Shown here one piece after another: positions 19,429 through 30,411 of a stretch of 64,000 nt of DNA. Source of the DNA: Trypanosoma brucei (Eukaryota); contig CH464491.1 of the NCBI GenBank assembly GCA_000002445.1, positions 4,128,001 through 4,192,000 of the forward strand, read 5' to 3'. The notes beneath the pieces are model-generated. The model was not told the origin of the DNA. It saw nothing but the letters and a program-made list of their open reading frames with translations, and ran no database searches. Positions within the stretch are counted from its first letter, which is position 1; every line of letters begins with the position of its first letter. A program made the position numbers and the translations under genes.

Positions 19429-22293
19429 TTACCTGATTTTACGAAGGGACTGTTCCGGGGCGCTGACAAAGCCGTAGTGAGCAGCAAGTGCCACTTCGCG
19501 TTCACTCAACTTCTGCTTCCGATCTATTCTGCTCATATTTGCCTTCATCAACTCGCAAAGATCCTGCACTGCCGCCTCCACAGCGGAATTCACCTTGCTG
19601 TCTCTACGACGCAGGAACCCCGTGATCTCTGCACCGAGTATTAGCTCATCCTGTACGCTCAGGGAACCAAAGTTCTTCGTAGCGAAGCGAAGGATATCGA
19701 TAGCGCGAACCGCATCGACGGAAGATATGTACAGGCCTGTAACCACAGCGTTGACCACTTGGCGGGGTTTATTTAGCAACTGTGCAAGATGTTTCGTATC
19801 CAGATTTTGTGATAAACGATAAAGCTCCCCCTGCGGGACAGCGGCGCCAAGCCGGTGTCCCACTGCCATCTGACTGAAAAGAAATGTGTTAGGTTGTAAT
19901 GTCCTCGACCGTGCAATATCCAGTAGCCGCGTCGTCACAAATGCAGCGGCCATCACCTTATAAGTCCCCAGAGCATCCACGTACGCCGAATCGTCTACCT
20001 TCCCACACTCAGCACCATTCCGGCCACTACCACCACTATTTGTAGATAACTGTGGCCACGCGTCTAGTAGACGGATCCAGTAGGCTACCTCAGCTACATC
20101 GACAAAGAGACCCCGTGACGACGCTAGGAGACTTGACGCCTTGTTCAGCGTTTCACAGACAATCCGATGGCAAAAACGGTGCTGATCAGTGCGACACAAT
20201 GCAACGGAAAACTCACCCAAAAGAGCAGCAGACTGAATATCTGCAAGGTTATCAAGCCTTGACAAGGGCCCATGGAGGAGTGCAAAAAGTGTCTCGTTGG
20301 CAAATTGTCGCAAATCAGCAAGGCCGACGAAAGCGAACACGGCGTCGATGAACGGCAAGGTCGTCACCTCTTCATGGGTTAGGAAAGAGCCCACATTCAA
20401 CGATAGGTGAAGTGGGGCCCGTACAAAGCGGCTGACACCTGCCCTTCCTAAATACCTCAAGAGCAAGCACTTCTGCCGCGGCTGCAAAGAAACCGATCGG
20501 TGGGGTATGCTACTCACGGTGTCCGATAGAAAGGTAAGTGCCCGCAACTGATGTCTGGCGACAACTCCCAACACACGAAGCCGTTCAAATTCCGTGAGAC
20601 ACCGCTTCTGAACTATATTCACAACCGCGTAATAGTCCGACTTCGCCCGTATGCCAAGCTTCGACATGGACGTCAGATAACGGACCAAGTGCGATGTTGG
20701 AACCAAATGAAACCCATCTTGCTTGGCTTGTATCCGCTGCTGCAGTAAAGACAACGTAGGCCGCACCACCGAAGGGTCATAAGGTTCATGACCTCTAGCT
20801 TCCGCATACACTACGCCGCACGCTTCATTAACAATTTGCATAGCATCCAACAGATTGTAAGAGTCAGCATATCTCACGATAGCCCTGCACCACACCGCAA
20901 GGGAAAAGATGGTGGTATCGGCGCTGGTGTTGAAGTGGGGATCGACGTCACTTCGCAATCGGCGCGGCTGCCCAGGCGTTTGCTTCGAGCGAGGCTTAGC
21001 AATGCCCCACAGGAAAACTGCAGCAAAGAGTTGCGCACGTTGCCATGGTGTAAACTTCTCCAAATGATTGTACGGCATGCAAAACAAACGTTCGACCAGT
21101 GACGGGGGAAACTCTAAACACCCCACTGTAGCCTCCTCAGCGAGCAGTGTAAGTGCCGGAAGCACGTAAGTAACACAGTCACTGCAGGAGGAGCCACGCT
21201 TTACCACGTCTGCTAATAAACTGTCCAAAAGTTTCACAATAACTTGGGCTACAAACCGTTGTTCAGTGCAAGAAATATCATTGTCACTGCGAGACCATCG
21301 GAGTGCCACAATGAGCGATTCGATGGAGGTGGACAACTGCGAAGACGACATCGCACGACGCACCTGTTCGTCGTTCAACCGCTTCAGTAACGTTGCGAAA
21401 AGTACATGGTGATAAATTCGGAGACCCACGATACGCACTACCCACGCGCTCACTTGCGACGGTGAAAGCGACATAACTATCAACCTGAGACGGTCAAATA
21501 TCACAAGCACAAGCGCCCGGCACTCATCGGGAACATGGCGAAGTGGCCCGCCATCTGAATGCTTCCGATTCGTCGTAGAACATTGCTGCGCTAGGTTGGT
21601 AAGTGCATCCGGTCTCCCACTTGAAGATGTACGAACTGTCATCGCGTCAACAAGTGTGACAAGGTCCTGCTTGCCAAAGAAATCAAGCCTACATTCGATT
21701 ACTCGACACACTTCACAGAGTTCCTGTGACCTTCCAAGTTGTGTCTGATTATCTCCTGCAGCACCCTCAGTAGCGGACGGTGCCAGAGAAGGCTGCGGTT
21801 CCTGCATGGCTTCAACAATGACACGGACGATTCCGATAAGTTCAACAGGGCCACTCACCACATTTATGAGCGTCACCACACGGCTGCGCAACATCAACAC
21901 TAACTTCCTGCGCACGCACGAGTATGGCATGATTTTCAGCAACCCTTCCATAACAAGAATACACTCCGAAGGGGAAAGGTCATCCCCATCGGCAAGAATA
22001 ACGTCCTGCATATTATGCAATTGTGCAATCAGTGTCTCATCCATACCCTCGTGGACACACTCTTGTTCGCGGACACTACAGGCGAGGGCGTGAAAAATGT
22101 TAGCACGGGATCGAACATCCGTCATGGAAAACACATTATTCAGAGAGCACATGAGGCTGGTATCCCTTAGATTCAATACACCCAGCACCCTTAGAGCGTG
22201 GGTTGTCATGCCGGAGTTAACGGGGGAAATTACCCCAGGATGTCCAGCCCGCAGGGCGAGAAGCCGCAAACGTTTGGCGCTACTAAAGGTCAT
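19429..22293 (-). CDS. Hypothetical protein of ~954 aa, helical, no recognised domain.
   Basis: The 1,038-aa ORF has an implausible F/L/C-rich first 84 aa, which looks like read-through of untranslated sequence. An in-frame ATG at 22291-22293 (MTFSSAKRLRLLALRAG...) is the likely start. The codon bias over about 2.9 kb is coding-like. Confidence 0.55.
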   Translation of the reverse strand: MTFSSAKRLRLLALRAGHPGVISPVNSGMTTHALRVLGVLNLRDTSLMCSLNNVFSMTDVRSRANIFHALACSVREQECVHEGMDETLIAQLHNMQDVILADGDDLSPSECILVMEGLLKIMPYSCVRRKLVLMLRSRVVTLINVVSGPVELIGIVRVIVEAMQEPQPSLAPSATEGAAGDNQTQLGRSQELCEVCRVIECRLDFFGKQDLVTLVDAMTVRTSSSGRPDALTNLAQQCSTTNRKHSDGGPLRHVPDECRALVLVIFDRLRLIVMSLSPSQVSAWVVRIVGLRIYHHVLFATLLKRLNDEQVRRAMSSSQLSTSIESLIVALRWSRSDNDISCTEQRFVAQVIVKLLDSLLADVVKRGSSCSDCVTYVLPALTLLAEEATVGCLEFPPSLVERLFCMPYNHLEKFTPWQRAQLFAAVFLWGIAKPRSKQTPGQPRRLRSDVDPHFNTSADTTIFSLAVWCRAIVRYADSYNLLDAMQIVNEACGVVYAEARGHEPYDPSVVRPTLSLLQQRIQAKQDGFHLVPTSHLVRYLTSMSKLGIRAKSDYYAVVNIVQKRCLTEFERLRVLGVVARHQLRALTFLSDTVSSIPHRSVSLQPRQKCLLLRYLGRAGVSRFVRAPLHLSLNVGSFLTHEEVTTLPFIDAVFAFVGLADLRQFANETLFALLHGPLSRLDNLADIQSAALLGEFSVALCRTDQHRFCHRIVCETLNKASSLLASSRGLFVDVAEVAYWIRLLDAWPQLSTNSGGSGRNGAECGKVDDSAYVDALGTYKVMAAAFVTTRLLDIARSRTLQPNTFLFSQMAVGHRLGAAVPQGELYRLSQNLDTKHLAQLLNKPRQVVNAVVTGLYISSVDAVRAIDILRFATKNFGSLSVQDELILGAEITGFLRRRDSKVNSAVEAAVQDLCELMKANMSRIDRKQKLSEREVALAAHYGFVSAPEQSLRKIR

Positions 22294-22578
22294 GGGGTCC
22301 GTAACTGAAAGAACGGGAGGATACAAACAAAAAAACAGGGTGAAGGGTACCCAAAACCCACACCACACACCAATACCCCCTCGCCCTTCTTCGACCTGAT
22401 ACAGACGCGGCAAGAAGGGAGAGCAAAGAAAAAAGAAAAAGACAAAGGAGGAGTTCAAACATGTTGGTATACTAACGAACCACAAAGCAGACCTGAGGTT
22501 GCAGAAAAATACACCCCAACACCGGGATACAGGAGGCATCACCAACGAAAATCCGCTTTACTGGGAAATAGAACAAGA

Positions 22579-23170
22579 AAAAAAATCCTAAAGAACAAAA
22601 AGTACCAGAGAGGAGCCAGTGCGAGCTTAGAAGCGAAGGCGCTGGAAGAACCAACGGTTGTTACCGGCGTTGTAGCGGGCCTGAAACAGACGTTTCACCA
22701 ACTGCTTCGACTTCGCCTTCTTCGATGCGTCGGAAACATTGATGCGACCGCGCAGTTCACGCGAGAGGTCCATGTTGTATCGGGTTGGTAGAAAGTGCTT
22801 GTGATTCACAACGCGGAGGAACACACCAACTTGCGAGCGGCGTGTGATGGAGCGCTTGCTCATCCCGCGCACAACCTTTCTTGGGTATTTTTTAATTCCG
22901 GCGAGCAACGAATGACCGTACGGGCGCTCCTTGTTCCTCGTATCCGTGTTCTGCACGATCACAGCCTTCTTGCCGGCATACCGGCCCGAAGTCATGATCA
23001 CAACCTTGCCGGGCTTCAGAAACTTCATCACTGCCAGCACACTAATCCAGTGGGAAATGACAAGAAATAAAAGGACAGCAGATGGGAGATAGCAAGGGTA
23101 ATAAAGAGTGAGTATACAAACAGGTTTCAAAGGCATTGGAACGGTGCCGGTGGAAAAACCATTCGGGAAA
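22579..23170. repeat. RPL27 repeat unit, copy 2.
   Basis: See copy 1. Confidence 0.9.
22627..23028 (-). CDS. RPL27: 60S ribosomal protein L27 (eL27), 133 aa, copy 2.
   Basis: ATG at 23026-23028. The protein is identical to copy 1. Confidence 0.9.
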   Translation of the reverse strand: MKFLKPGKVVIMTSGRYAGKKAVIVQNTDTRNKERPYGHSLLAGIKKYPRKVVRGMSKRSITRRSQVGVFLRVVNHKHFLPTRYNMDLSRELRGRINVSDASKKAKSKQLVKRLFQARYNAGNNRWFFQRLRF

Positions 23171-24093
23171 AAGTGGTCTAACCATGCTGAAATTGACAGG
23201 GAATTTTCAGATACATGAAAGCAGAAATCAAAGGAGAAAATGGAAATGAAATCTATAAACAATGCCAAATAACAATTATAATATAAGATGGAATCCAAAC
23301 TACAAGTGGAGTGAGTGACGGCGACCAGTGACTCGGCGGTATTATTTTCCCAAAGTGCTACAAAAGTACGAGCTAAAGCTGCAAGCAGCAATGGCGAAAT
23401 CACTGGTCAGGGAAAGGAAAAGGTGTCGGTGGTGCAATAAGAGAAGCGCTAGTAAAGCGGGAGGGGAAGGCGGCAGTGAATAAGATCGTCTTAATGTCGC
23501 AAGGAACATCATTTCCCCCGTCTTTCTCTAATCTGCCGGTGCGTTTCCCACCATAACTTCCAAATCGACGCATGCACACATTTAGTTCCTTCTCACATTG
23601 TCTCAACATGTTTCTTTATTGCCAAAATCGGTGTTGCCGCGCCCCCGACTCCCTCACTAAACTCCCGTTGGTATTCACCAGTCCTTTAATGTTTAGCCCC
23701 CTCCCACTCCACACACACACACACAAGTACCTGGTAACCGCGTAATTTTTTCCTTTTTGTTTTCCTTTTGCGTTGCTTTTGTTGTTATTCCCATTGACCT
23801 GACCAGCTTTCGTCTCCGACGAAATTTAGCGGGTGCACCCGCCACCTTACAAACTGTTCAGTAAGGGGGAAAGTGAAAAAAAAAAAGAAACCAAATATAT
23901 TCATTTTGTTCGTTTGAGCTAACCGTTTGCTTTATTACGTTTTCTCACCTTTTTATTTACCTTACCTTTTTGTCCGTTTCCCTCTCTTACCATTCTTCCT
24001 CCCTATTAGCATTCTCTCAGAATATGAACACAGTCACGGCTCTCACCTCCCTTTTCCCACATCACCTGCGCGCACCTGAACACACGCATGTTC

Positions 24094-24195
24094 ACATATA
24101 TGCATGTATATATGATATATGATACATATGTATATGTATATGTATGTATATATGTATGTATATGTACGTATATATATGTATATATATATATATAC
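24094..24195. repeat. Compound (TATG/TATA/TGTA)n microsatellite.
   Basis: Direct read: catatatgcatgtatatatgatatatgatacatatgtatatgtatatgtatgtatatatgtatgtatatgtacgtatatatatgtatatatatatatatac. Confidence 0.85.
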
Positions 24196-24639
24196 AGAAG
24201 CAGCGACAAGTATGCTGGACAAAGCATTCCTTCCCGCTTCCGAGATTAATACCACCCCTCGAGCCCTCAAATTATTCCTCACACCCCGCTTCGTGACCAA
24301 CAGCATCTCCCACTCGTAACAATAGCACCTTACTCGTCCAAGAGACACCCATCCATGCGACCTCTTACACGAAAGCGAGTTGTTGCCGCCAAATGGTTTA
24401 GAATGACTTGGAAGTATGCCAACTTACATGTTTGCGCGCGGAAGCAAGGAAAACTAACGTGGCTCAGGGGGGGGGGGTACTCGAAGACAAAAATATCAGG
24501 AAAAACTCAGATGATGCAAAAGTGTGTGGACCAACAGTATTAAATAAAAGGAAGAGAGAAAGTGTGGCTGTATCAATCCTCTCCCCGTTGCAGAAACCGA
24601 GTGAGGGTTAACAACAATAGCAGAGAGAGAGAGAGCCAC

Positions 24640-25236
24640 CTAGCTTTTCAGCAGCTGCTCCTCCGCATGTGCCCAGTTTACCACGTTCCAAAATGTTTGC
24701 ACGTAGGCCGGACGGTCATTCTTGTAATCAATATAGTAAGCATGCTCCCAAACATCGCAGGCGAGAATCGGCTTGAGATCCGCTTCAGTCAGTGGGCAAC
24801 CGGCGTCATGCGTTTGAAATACTTTCAGTTTTTTTGTGGTGGTGTCCTGCACAAGCCACGCCCAACCAGAGCCGAAGTGGCCCACCGCCGCATTAGTGAA
24901 CTCCTCCTTGAATCTGGCGAAGCTGCCGAATGAGTCGGCGATGGCGTCCGCGAGTTTACCGCTGGGCTCCCCGCCGCCGTTGGGAGATATGCTCTCCCAG
25001 TAGAAGTCGTGGTTAAATATTTGCGCCGCAAGGTTGAAGATGGGGCCTTTTTCTGTTCGGATGATTTCCTCAACACTCTTCGCCGCGACAGCTGCATTGC
25101 ACGCTGCGACCGCATTCAATTTCGTCACATAACCCATGTGATGCTTGTCATAGTGAAACGTCACCTGTTCCTTCGATATGCCCTTTGCGGCTAATCCATC
25201 GTACCCCCACGGAAGTGGTGGAATGCTGAAGGTCAT
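24640..25236 (-). CDS. SODB: Iron superoxide dismutase (Fe/Mn-SOD family, FeSOD-B type with no transit peptide), 198 aa.
   Basis: ATG at 25234-25236. MTFSIPPLPWGYDGLAAKGISKEQVTFHYDKHH...NHDFYWESISPNGGGEP...FGSGWAWLV...DVWEHAYYIDYKNDRPAYVQTFWNVVNW contains the SOD N- and C-domain signatures, including the DVWEHAYY metal-ligand motif. Confidence 0.9.
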   Translation of the reverse strand: MTFSIPPLPWGYDGLAAKGISKEQVTFHYDKHHMGYVTKLNAVAACNAAVAAKSVEEIIRTEKGPIFNLAAQIFNHDFYWESISPNGGGEPSGKLADAIADSFGSFARFKEEFTNAAVGHFGSGWAWLVQDTTTKKLKVFQTHDAGCPLTEADLKPILACDVWEHAYYIDYKNDRPAYVQTFWNVVNWAHAEEQLLKS

Positions 25237-25659
25237 TGTATGATTTTAGCGTCAAGAAAACGGGGTGTCCTCTGACTTGTTTTGTCAGCCTCTGTCAATC
25301 AATTTTCCAGATAAGTACTTTCCGGTATTCAGGTGTGACTCCTCTTTGCTAACACTCAACACTAGTACTACCTTAAAAGAATTGTCTTTGCTTCCTATTT
25401 CACTTTGAGGTCGTATTCCAACTGCAACATATGGGGATAGAGTGAGAAACAAAAGGAGTTGTGCCAAAACTGAATGACGCGCAGTTTAATCGAAAGAGTA
25501 GTTGGAACCATTCAACTTACATGACAAGCAAAATGCCAACCACCTAGGGTCAGACACCTGCTCTCACTAAGATGAGGTATACCAAACATGAGGGTATAAA
25601 ACATACCATGCCCCTACATACGCCCGTACGCTACAAATTATACGCTGAATGTACACCCG

Positions 25660-26130
25660 TCACTCATCGCACAACTGTGAAACATAGCGCTCAAGTTCCT
25701 CCAGCGAGCTTCCTGGCTGAAGCTTCACGCATGGGAGTCCGGCACGATTGCACACAACCTTGGTGTAATTCCACCGTATAGGTCCAAGTGACGACTGAAT
25801 CATTTGAAACAGAGGGTGTGTATTCGGCCCCTTCAGGTTAACTTTATCAAACACAGGAAAGTTAATTCCATTACGAGCCACCCAACAGCAAATCTCATCC
25901 CTCTTCTTCGGCTCTTGATTTCCAAATTGAGAGCACGGAAAGGCTAAGACAGTGAAACTTCGTGAGGCCCATTTTTGCTGAACGTGTATAAGGTGTTGAA
26001 TGTTTGAAGATGTAAAAGAGCAGAGGGACGCAGTGTTAACAAGAACCGTTACACAACCAGCATACTTGGACAGCATCACTGCGTTACCGTCCATTAGAAC
26101 CGAGTGAGAAAAAATGGCGCCGCCATTCAT
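25660..26130 (-). CDS. Non-selenium glutathione peroxidase-like protein (tryparedoxin-dependent peroxidase type), ~156 aa.
   Basis: The track start at 26199 is GTG. The first ATG is at 26128-26130 (MNGGAIFSHSVLMDGNAVMLSKY...). The GPx motifs are present: peroxidatic Cys in VNTASLCSFT, FTVLAFPCSQFGNQEP and WNYTKVV (the WNF/Y motif). The active site is Cys, not selenocysteine. Confidence 0.8.
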   Translation of the reverse strand: MNGGAIFSHSVLMDGNAVMLSKYAGCVTVLVNTASLCSFTSSNIQHLIHVQQKWASRSFTVLAFPCSQFGNQEPKKRDEICCWVARNGINFPVFDKVNLKGPNTHPLFQMIQSSLGPIRWNYTKVVCNRAGLPCVKLQPGSSLEELERYVSQLCDE

Positions 26131-26535
26131 AGGGCACGACTCGTTTAAAAGTACTTTACGTAACAAAGAAGAAGAGGGAAAAGAAAGCAGTCGGGTCACC
26201 GTTACTAATTCAACTGATAGTCATACGGGATTGAAGTTAAAAGCGTCGTATTGAAGGTGAAATGCAACAGCAGGCTAAACCTTTACACTTGAAAACACAC
26301 GAACGGATGCGGGAGTCCTGGATTCAAGAAATAAGCAAACAATCGGCTGCTGCTTTGTTGTTCCTGTCTTTTTCCTCACCACTTGGAAAGTCAGCTGAAG
26401 GAAACAAAAGCAGCAAAAACTCACGACAGCATGCGGAACTTCTTCAGAGATGGAGACATTTGGTTCATCCCATCGCGGTAAAACCTCCACCAGAAGCGAA
26501 AAAAATGTGATTGGCTTTGCATTCATCCTTCACAA

Positions 26536-27009
26536 TCACCTCTTCACCGCGGGCTGCTGTGTGTGGCTATGATATTTATCCACGGCCTCCTTTACTGCCT
26601 CAGTGAAGGCAGGTATGCGAATAGGTTGCCCGATGCCTCCTTCATCAATTATGTTAAACGGGTTTTTCACTACGTACTCCACATACAGTGAGTGCAACTG
26701 GCGAAAGAGCGCATTACACTCATAGGTGTGGTGGTCGGAAACGAGAACGAACTTTACAAGAGATGGGGTCTCGTAAATGTGTACATTGTGCTCCGCGAAC
26801 TCCAGTAGCGTCATCCCAGCACTATCCACAGGGTTGGCGTTCGGCGTTAATTCCTGCGACATACCGAAGGTGGAGAAGAGGATGCTAGACATTGTGAGTT
26901 GTAGATCAGGCTTTGCTCCAAGCTCTCCAATACTGTTCTGCGCGGTGAAACTGGACTTAGCAATGAGCTGACCTGACTGGTTTATGATCCAGAGCAAGTG
27001 AACTGTCAT
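26536..27009 (-). CDS. BET5: TRAPP complex subunit TRAPPC1/Bet5 (sybindin-like longin fold), 157 aa.
   Basis: ATG at 27007-27009. MTVHLLWIINQSGQLI and LHSLYVEYVVKNPF match the Bet5/TRAPPC1 hallmarks (MTVHNLYLFDRNG and YVELVVKNP). Confidence 0.8.
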   Translation of the reverse strand: MTVHLLWIINQSGQLIAKSSFTAQNSIGELGAKPDLQLTMSSILFSTFGMSQELTPNANPVDSAGMTLLEFAEHNVHIYETPSLVKFVLVSDHHTYECNALFRQLHSLYVEYVVKNPFNIIDEGGIGQPIRIPAFTEAVKEAVDKYHSHTQQPAVKR

Positions 27010-27528
27010 GGCTTGTGTGGAGAAAGGGTCAGTTACCGAGATATTCTAACGTTTCTTACAACCCCGGCCCTTCCAGCTCCTTGGTTTGATCCAAATAAAC
27101 GGAAAATTCACAAAAAAAAGGCAAAGAAATTTATGCATATACTTATTTAGAATAGCCGTTATAGTTGCTGCTAATGTATATATATATATATCGATGGTAA
27201 AGAGAAACCACGAACAAGCACCATCACGAAAAGAAACATGTGATTAATTAAATACGTATTAGTTTAGTGCAAAAAGAAACTATTTTCTTTGAGCTGACTT
27301 AAAACGAACCGCTAAAAAAGCTCGCGCTCGTAAGGGAATCACGCACGAGAAGCAGTTTTTCACTGCGACTGTTACCCGTCCATGCTTTCAGCCACCTGCA
27401 CAATACCAATACCCACCAATTCAACTATACCAAGACCTCAGCGCAGAGGGTATTGTTAGCGTAATAAAGAAGGAAAGGTTCACCCCCTTTACTTTTTCAC
27501 CTTGGGTACTCGTGTGGAGACAGGTTAC

Positions 27529-30411
27529 TCACTCCCACGGTGGCAGTCCATCGTCGACCTCCCCTACCTTAGCGCCCTCTGAAATGCCACGTGGTAAAGG
27601 ACTTGCGGTACACAGAACTGGCTCCCAAATGGTATTAATGGTTCCCCTCACTGCGTCTCTACCCGCGGCAGTGGCCCATACATACACAGTGATCACATTT
27701 TGCCGCTTATCTTCACCCTTCCCCGCACGGTCATCACCTTCGTCATCCTCCCAAGGTTCGCCTTCTTCCAGAGTGAGGCAGCGCGACGAAATGTCAAGAG
27801 CTAAAAGACCTCTCGACTTTGGACGGCTTGCAATCCATACCTCCCCTTGAACCCACAAAACCACAGCATGGCGGTAACATTCATCTAACCCCGCAACTTC
27901 CAGCAACCTCGCCAGACGCGATGGCTCAACTGGACGACCAGTGCAGGTGACGGTTATCTCGTGCAGCGAAGATTCATCATACGACGTCTGATCACCACCG
28001 TCCCCTTCCTTTCCAATGGGTGGCGTTTCGATAGGGCGCCGCGAAACAATGCCAGCGCAGAGCATAAGTTCACCGTTCAGTTCATGTGCAAGCTGCAGCA
28101 GACCCCACATCTCCGACGTGAACTTCTGCTGATCTTCCTCTGCGGTCACAAGCACATCCGATAGCATTATACTATAGATGAAGGCAGAGGCCGAATCGGC
28201 TCCATCGTCGGCTCCCTGAAGGATCATTTCACTCACACCTGAAAAAAGAAGAGTCACCAACCGTGGCCGAGCTCCCTTCTCGGACCAGTACGTCAACTGT
28301 TCCTCGGAAAAAACATTCACGTCTACATCACACTGAAGGCAAAGGACGAGAGTAGTTTTCCCCGCCTGCATCGTCTCCCGAGCACCCTGGAGGATTTCGC
28401 AACGAGGGGTTTCGTTCCCTACACGTAACACACATTCAGTGAGATGCTCCCGAGCCACTTGCATGGATTGCCCTGAGGTGTCACCAGGGGAACAAACAAC
28501 CAACAGCTCGAGCCCTTCTAACGGCCTCCTCATTCCCGAAGCCGGTTCCACCTCAGATGTTCTCCTGCCTGCCACACCCAAAACATCGTCTCCAAATACG
28601 CCAAGCCCCTTTAGAGGAATATATAGCCCAACATCGTAGGCACTGCGAACGGCGCATTGCAACTGCTGCACTATCTTCCTATCTGCACACGACTGCAACA
28701 TCCTAAGTGCTCTTGTGTAGCCAAACCAGTCATACGGTTCATTGAAGTCCTCCTCATCCTCCACGGCATCACCCGCACCCTCTGCAGGTGGTGTCACTGC
28801 CAGGGCAACATACATCATCCTACTGGTGGTTATTCCCGTATCCGCGTCCTTCTCATAGACACACGTCGGTGGAATATAACTTGGCAAGTAGAAATTATCT
28901 GGGCTGATATCACAGTGCTCACAGAGGGCACGCTCCGCACACTCCATCGAGGATTCCTCCGAGGATGTGTGAAGCAAGTAAGGCAGCCGCACTCCCTCGT
29001 ATTCTTCATCCAAACTACGTACAAGCACGCATTTTCGACCGCGAACAAGTAAAGCACCATACGCATGGGCCACCTCAGACACGTTGTATGCAGGCACCTG
29101 GGCCATTGAACACACCGTCATTGAGCGTCGTTCTTGATTCTTTGTGAGAAACACGGCACTCGTCACCTGCAGCGAGGTGCGGCCCTGCTCATCCCGTTTA
29201 ACGAAGGACCGAAGACGAACTGCCACGCCTTTGATAGACTTGTGTACGGATGACGTGCCACTACTGGAACACTTGAGCACCTCATGCATCCCTGTAACGT
29301 ACACCCGACCTTGCGTCGTGCCCAACGTCGTCGCCGCTGCATCCATGATGCGCCCTTCGACGACAACGCAGGTAGAACGTTTACAGTTCGGCAGAGACAT
29401 GAGTCCAAATACCTCTTCCGAGGTTCCCACCCCTCTGCAAACTGGTGGAAACTCACTTTTCCCCAAACCCCGCTCATGGTCTCCGCATTCATATTCTTCT
29501 TCATCCTCGCACTCTTCCCCATCATCGCTTTCCAGGGGACTGCTTCCCATGTCTTCTTCACCGCAACCTGAAGATGACAGAGGGCTGAGTGTCACCTGCT
29601 GCTCTGTTCGTTTCGTAACGGCGCTCAGAACAAAGTCAATGCGATAAACACGTGGGGCACTGTGCCGGGTCTCAAGAGCCACCTTCGTCCCATCAGCACT
29701 GATACCCGCTTCCCTCAGTATAGCAGCAAAAAGTGATGGTTCGACGTTGCTCGAGACTGACCACGATTCGAGGGCAGATGTGGCGGCAAAATCTGTCAGA
29801 AACTCATTCCAACCATTCACAGCGGATACATCGGAAAGTACGACAACGATCTCTGGCTTTGGATAACCACGTTCAGGGACTCGCTTTCCCATCACTTGGA
29901 ACAACGCCAGAAACGGGTGTATAGATGGTGGGCAAACGAGAAGCAGGCGCTGTACAAGCCGATCTGTGTGTCCCAGTGTCTTTTCGCCCATAAAAATATA
30001 CTTAAAGGCGAGCACGCCTGACACGCCAGCGGCAACCATGGTTCCGTTGTGGGGGTTGAGCTTCGCAACGACGTTGGCGAGTCGCTTCACTATGGGACCC
30101 ACCGTTGTTGAAACCTGCTCCTCACGCTCCATCGAATCCGGAAGTCCCGTAGTGTCCGCAACGTACATGGCGTGTGTTGTGTTTGGCAGCTGGACAAAGA
30201 GCAGTGAGGCAAGCGGAGACCATTGCATACATGGATGTTGTCGTGGTTTGTCAGCAGACTTGCGGGTTTTCAAAACGATAAGTGGCTGCTCAGGGGAAAA
30301 CACCACTTGATATCCCGGCCTGGTATTTGCAAATGCGTAAAGCCTCACGGACTCGTCCTTAGTTGTGCCAACGACACAGTCGCGATGCCGTCTCTTATCA
30401 GGCCGGCTCAT
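27529..30411 (-). CDS. Hypothetical protein of 960 aa, no recognised domain.
   Basis: ATG at 30409-30411. Long ORF with coding-like composition and an acidic low-complexity stretch in the middle (DDGEECEDEEEYECGDHE). Confidence 0.55.
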   Translation of the reverse strand: MSRPDKRRHRDCVVGTTKDESVRLYAFANTRPGYQVVFSPEQPLIVLKTRKSADKPRQHPCMQWSPLASLLFVQLPNTTHAMYVADTTGLPDSMEREEQVSTTVGPIVKRLANVVAKLNPHNGTMVAAGVSGVLAFKYIFMGEKTLGHTDRLVQRLLLVCPPSIHPFLALFQVMGKRVPERGYPKPEIVVVLSDVSAVNGWNEFLTDFAATSALESWSVSSNVEPSLFAAILREAGISADGTKVALETRHSAPRVYRIDFVLSAVTKRTEQQVTLSPLSSSGCGEEDMGSSPLESDDGEECEDEEEYECGDHERGLGKSEFPPVCRGVGTSEEVFGLMSLPNCKRSTCVVVEGRIMDAAATTLGTTQGRVYVTGMHEVLKCSSSGTSSVHKSIKGVAVRLRSFVKRDEQGRTSLQVTSAVFLTKNQERRSMTVCSMAQVPAYNVSEVAHAYGALLVRGRKCVLVRSLDEEYEGVRLPYLLHTSSEESSMECAERALCEHCDISPDNFYLPSYIPPTCVYEKDADTGITTSRMMYVALAVTPPAEGAGDAVEDEEDFNEPYDWFGYTRALRMLQSCADRKIVQQLQCAVRSAYDVGLYIPLKGLGVFGDDVLGVAGRRTSEVEPASGMRRPLEGLELLVVCSPGDTSGQSMQVAREHLTECVLRVGNETPRCEILQGARETMQAGKTTLVLCLQCDVDVNVFSEEQLTYWSEKGARPRLVTLLFSGVSEMILQGADDGADSASAFIYSIMLSDVLVTAEEDQQKFTSEMWGLLQLAHELNGELMLCAGIVSRRPIETPPIGKEGDGGDQTSYDESSLHEITVTCTGRPVEPSRLARLLEVAGLDECYRHAVVLWVQGEVWIASRPKSRGLLALDISSRCLTLEEGEPWEDDEGDDRAGKGEDKRQNVITVYVWATAAGRDAVRGTINTIWEPVLCTASPLPRGISEGAKVGEVDDGLPPWE

